DNA of 10,001 bases from contig CAVOGR010000014.1 in the NCBI GenBank assembly GCA_963695555.1, forward strand, positions 1-10,001. Reading direction: 5' to 3'. Positions 7,744 to 10,001 of this stretch are shown one piece after another. The translations under genes were made by a program, and so were the position numbers. The DNA comes from an uncultured Gemmatimonadales bacterium. Lineage in GTDB: Bacteria; Gemmatimonadota; Gemmatimonadetes; Gemmatimonadales; GWC2-71-9. The stretch's first letter is position 1, and each line of letters starts with the position of its first letter. The notes beneath the pieces are model-generated. The model was not told where the DNA came from. It saw nothing but the letters and a program-made list of their open reading frames with translations, and did not search any database.

Positions 7744-7782
7744 GCCCAACGCATCCGAACCCATTGCGCGTCAGCCGCGGGC
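7744..7782 (-). repeat. attC right-arm remnant with two stacked core-like sites
   Basis: The minus strand reads CCCGCGGCTGACGCGCAATGG GTTCGGA TGC GTTGGGC GG. It contains a canonical GTTRRRY at 7744-7750 and shares AATGGGTT with copy A. Confidence 0.45.
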
Positions 7783-7998
7783 CGTCTCGGTCGGCATTGG
7801 TCTGGGCGCACCCTTTGCGACGTGTCTGCAATGATACGAACGCCACATGGGATGAACGCAGCCGTCAAGTGGCCAGGAGCCGCCAGGTTCACGACCTCAA
7901 CCCCATCCGGTACCCCGATGAGCATTGCCCGCCTATCTGGCACATACATTGCCGGTGGAACACACGATCATGCCCCCACGCCCATGGAGAATCAACCC

Positions 7999-9001
7999 AT
8001 GACACTCCAGACCTCGCCGAACAAGAGTGCGCCGGCTCCCTTCATCACATGGGTGGTCTATGCCTTTAGCGCCTTCTGCGGAGGTTTGGAGGCAATCGCG
8101 ATCCACTCGGTCCTGGCCGGCCACCCCGCGCTGGGCGCGCTGCAGTTCTTCAGCGCTCTCCGGCCTCATCCTCTTCGGTTTGACTCGCTTGGCGCCATCG
8201 TCCGATACTCGGCGGCGTCTGCTCTCGGGGGCCCTGCTGGTGGGGTCCGGGGTGGGCGTCGTCAGTGTCGCGCTGTTGCGAATCCGGATGGCGCAAGCGC
8301 AGGGCGCCGACGTCGCCGCGGGCCCGTTCGTGCAGACGGCGCTCTGGCTCCTGTTTCAGACTGGCTGGGCGCTCACCTACAGGCTCTTTGTCAGCGGCCG
8401 CACCGACCAGGCGCGCTACGTGCCGGCCGCCGTGGGGACGGTGATCATGGTCGGCGGCGGCCTTCTGACCGGTGGGCTCGAGGTGACGGCCCCGGCCAAG
8501 GATCCGGGGGTCGCCACGTACAAGACCTTCGCCAAGGCCGAAGATTTCGCCATGGCTCGCGAGACCCAGCGCGCGGGGCAAGAACGCGGCACGGCATTCG
8601 CGCATTACCACACCGGCCGACAGCCGTTGTTGGGCATCAGCTTCAGTACGCGGGAATGGTTCCGCCGTGTGCGCATCGACAACGATATTGTGGGGGTGTT
8701 CGCTGAGGACGAGGCCACCGAAGGCGCCCATCGTGTCGTCGCCTCACCCGGCTTCGCGGTCGCCGCCGTGGACATCCAAGCCGATGAACACATCAACGCC
8801 ATTCGGGTCCAGTTCGCCGCGCTTGAAGGCGGGGCCCTGTCGCCCTCCGACCGGTACTGGAGCAAGTGGGTCGGCAGCTACCACCGAAACGAACCGACAG
8901 TGCTGCTGGAAGGTGGGTCCGCATTGGTCGTCGGGCTTCGAGGGGCCAGGGGCATGGTCCTCAACTCATTGAGCCTGCTAATCGCCCAACCAGAGGACTA
9001 G
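7999..9001 (+). CDS. Membrane protein with N-terminal TM helices and putative C-terminal jacalin-like (beta-prism) domain; one frameshift near 8150
   Basis: GGAGA RBS before ATG 7999 (MTLQTSPNK...FITWVVYAFS...LGALQFFS), continuing in the 8027-9001 frame (LSGLILFGL...). The C-terminus reads PGFAVAAVDI...INAIRVQF...DRYWSKWVG...VVGLRGARGMVLNSLSLL. Confidence 0.65.
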
Positions 9002-9068
9002 GCCTCGTTCCGGTCGGAGCTGCCTGTTTCGTTTCCTCGAAAAGCCCTCACTCCCCCCGAACGAGGCC
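9001..9068. terminator. Inverted repeat between convergent genes (possible bidirectional terminator)
   Basis: GGCCTCGTTC (9001-9010) pairs perfectly with GAACGAGGCC (9059-9068), and pairing extends inward imperfectly (GGAG / CTCC). Confidence 0.4.
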
Positions 9069-9108
9069 AACAACTGCCGCGCGAAAGCGCCCCCAGCTTC
9101 ATTCCTCG

Positions 9109-9696
9109 TCATACCGTGCCCTGGTCGGCTCGCCCACGCGCCGCTTTCCGAAACAGCAAGGCCGACCCGAGCCACAGCGCGACGAAGAACCCAGTCAGTG
9201 CCAGGATATCCCGCGGCCAGCTCGGGCCCGTGGAGCCCCATCCGGCGATCAGGGCGACCACGGCGACCACCGCCTGAGCGAACGCCGTCGCGACCATCGC
9301 GCGTGCCATTCCATGTGGCCGGAAGCGTGCGAGGACGGCACCGAGAATCCCGACGACGAGCACTCCGCCATACATCATGTTGGCGGGGTCATCCTCGTTC
9401 CCGATGATGCCAACGGCACCGTTCACCCAGGCGAGGGCGAATGCTGCCGCGAGCGCAACGCCGACGCCGGCTCGGTACGCGGGATTGCCTGTCATCCTCG
9501 CTGCCAGCTCGTAGGTGCCGCAAGCGCCGACCAGCATGGCGGCGAAGATAGCGAAATCGGCGAGGTCCCACGCCACCTCGTCGGTGAATTGCATCGCCAA
9601 CAAGGGCAGCAGCAGCAGGAGCGCTGCCATGCCCCAGAGGGCTATCCTCCATCGGCTCCCGCGCCGTCCGCCACCGTGTTCCGCGTTTCCCGTCAT
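9109..9696 (-). CDS. Conserved multi-pass membrane protein (195 aa)
   Basis: GGAGG RBS and an intact ORF with family motifs LLLPLLAMQFTDEVAW...DF, AYRAGVGVAL...WVNGAVGIIGNEDDPAN.MY and ARFRPHGMARAM. Confidence 0.88.
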   Translation of the reverse strand: MTGNAEHGGGRRGSRWRIALWGMAALLLLLPLLAMQFTDEVAWDLADFAIFAAMLVGACGTYELAARMTGNPAYRAGVGVALAAAFALAWVNGAVGIIGNEDDPANMMYGGVLVVGILGAVLARFRPHGMARAMVATAFAQAVVAVVALIAGWGSTGPSWPRDILALTGFFVALWLGSALLFRKAARGRADQGTV

Positions 9697-9728
9697 TGCC
9701 TTGCCTCCGTGTATCAGTGGGCTTCAAT

Positions 9729-9842
9729 CTACTCGACGATGCCAACGGCACCGTTCACCCAGGCGAGGATGACTGCTGCCGCGACCGCCCCGCCGGCGGC
9801 GCCTCAGCACGCGGTATCGTCCATCCTCATCCTCTCGATCAT
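9729..9842 (-). pseudogene. Short ORF duplicating one TM segment of the downstream membrane protein, with an in-frame TGA
   Basis: MIERMRMDDTAC*GAAGGAVAAAVILAWVNGAVGIVE*. 9733-9818 aligns ungapped to 9401-9486 at 71/86 identity, including a 31-nt exact match (9738-9768 = 9406-9436). The TGA is at 9804-9806. Confidence 0.7.
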
Positions 9843-9895
9843 GGCACCCTTGTTGGCTCGAGCTCATGGAGGGCCAGCAAAAGCTGGATGTCCGT

Positions 9896-9937
9896 TAAAG
9901 TACTTTACAAGATAAAGTTTATGCCCGTTCTTGTCAA
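9896..9937 (-). promoter_or_regulatory. Sigma70-type promoter with overlapping palindromic operator
   Basis: Minus strand TTGACA (9937-9932), 17-nt spacer, TATCTT (9914-9909). Perfect palindrome TAAAGTACTTTA (9896-9907), plus CTTTA-N5-TAAAG (9903-9917) and ATAAA-G-TTTAT (9912-9922). It forms an AT-rich island in GC-rich DNA. Confidence 0.8.
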
Positions 9938-9964
9938 CGGTACCGATCTCTTCCCCTTGGCTCT

Positions 9965-10001
9965 TCAGAACCCTTCAAGCACGATCTTGCCGCGCGCAGA
10001 G
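9965..10001 (-). CDS. C-terminus of a zinc-binding alcohol dehydrogenase / quinone oxidoreductase (MDR) family protein (partial)
   Basis: The minus strand reads ...SARGKIVLEGF* (TGA 9965-9967), the characteristic GKIVLEGF end of this MDR subfamily. Confidence 0.75.
   Translation of the reverse strand, partial: SARGKIVLEGF

Noticed and set aside
7597..7764. Extended N-terminus of the SnoaL ORF given in the ORF track
   Set aside because: A good RBS precedes ATG 7596 and the domain starts there. The extension runs through a gene remnant and an attC-like site.
7925..7950. TTGCCC...TACATT as promoter for the 7999 gene
   Set aside because: The spacer is only 14 nt, which does not fit sigma70 geometry.
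9804..9809. TGC-TGA (Cys-Sec-like) in the mini-ORF suggesting a selenoprotein
   Set aside because: The codons align with TAC-CGA (Tyr-Arg) in the paralogous segment. A single C-to-T transition explains the TGA, and there is no redox-motif context.
8866..9915. 349-aa plus-strand ORF and other long alternative ORFs (6240-7055 +, 4222-4857 +, 580-1134 -, 3511-4071 -)
   Set aside because: These are antisense or off-frame shadows of recognisable genes, Arg/Pro/Gly-rich and without motifs, as expected in GC-rich DNA.

Overview
GC-rich bacterial window; a Gemmatimonadota-like origin is my inference from composition and one small membrane protein. Left end: a ~550-aa conserved hypothetical protein with a GNAT-like segment (+, 71-1739, broken by several frameshifts). 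Middle (1756-7780): eight co-oriented minus-strand genes of unrelated function: a Kelch beta-propeller, a GNAT acetyltransferase, two small membrane proteins, a cupin dioxygenase, a low-GC PD-(D/E)XK-like nuclease, an HXXEE protein and a SnoaL/NTF2 protein. Most of their junctions carry degenerate attC-like sites, three of them clearly homologous to each other. This looks like a decayed integron cassette array with no integrase in the window. Two orphan C-terminal gene scraps (ABC substrate-binding protein; DUF4386-like) also lie in the array. Right end: a frameshifted membrane protein with a putative jacalin-like domain (+), a conserved membrane protein (-) preceded by a short TGA-interrupted partial copy of itself and a good sigma70 promoter with palindromic operator, and the tail of a zinc-binding alcohol dehydrogenase-family gene. 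No rRNA, tRNA or CRISPR array was seen. All family assignments are from motif recognition, not database searches.
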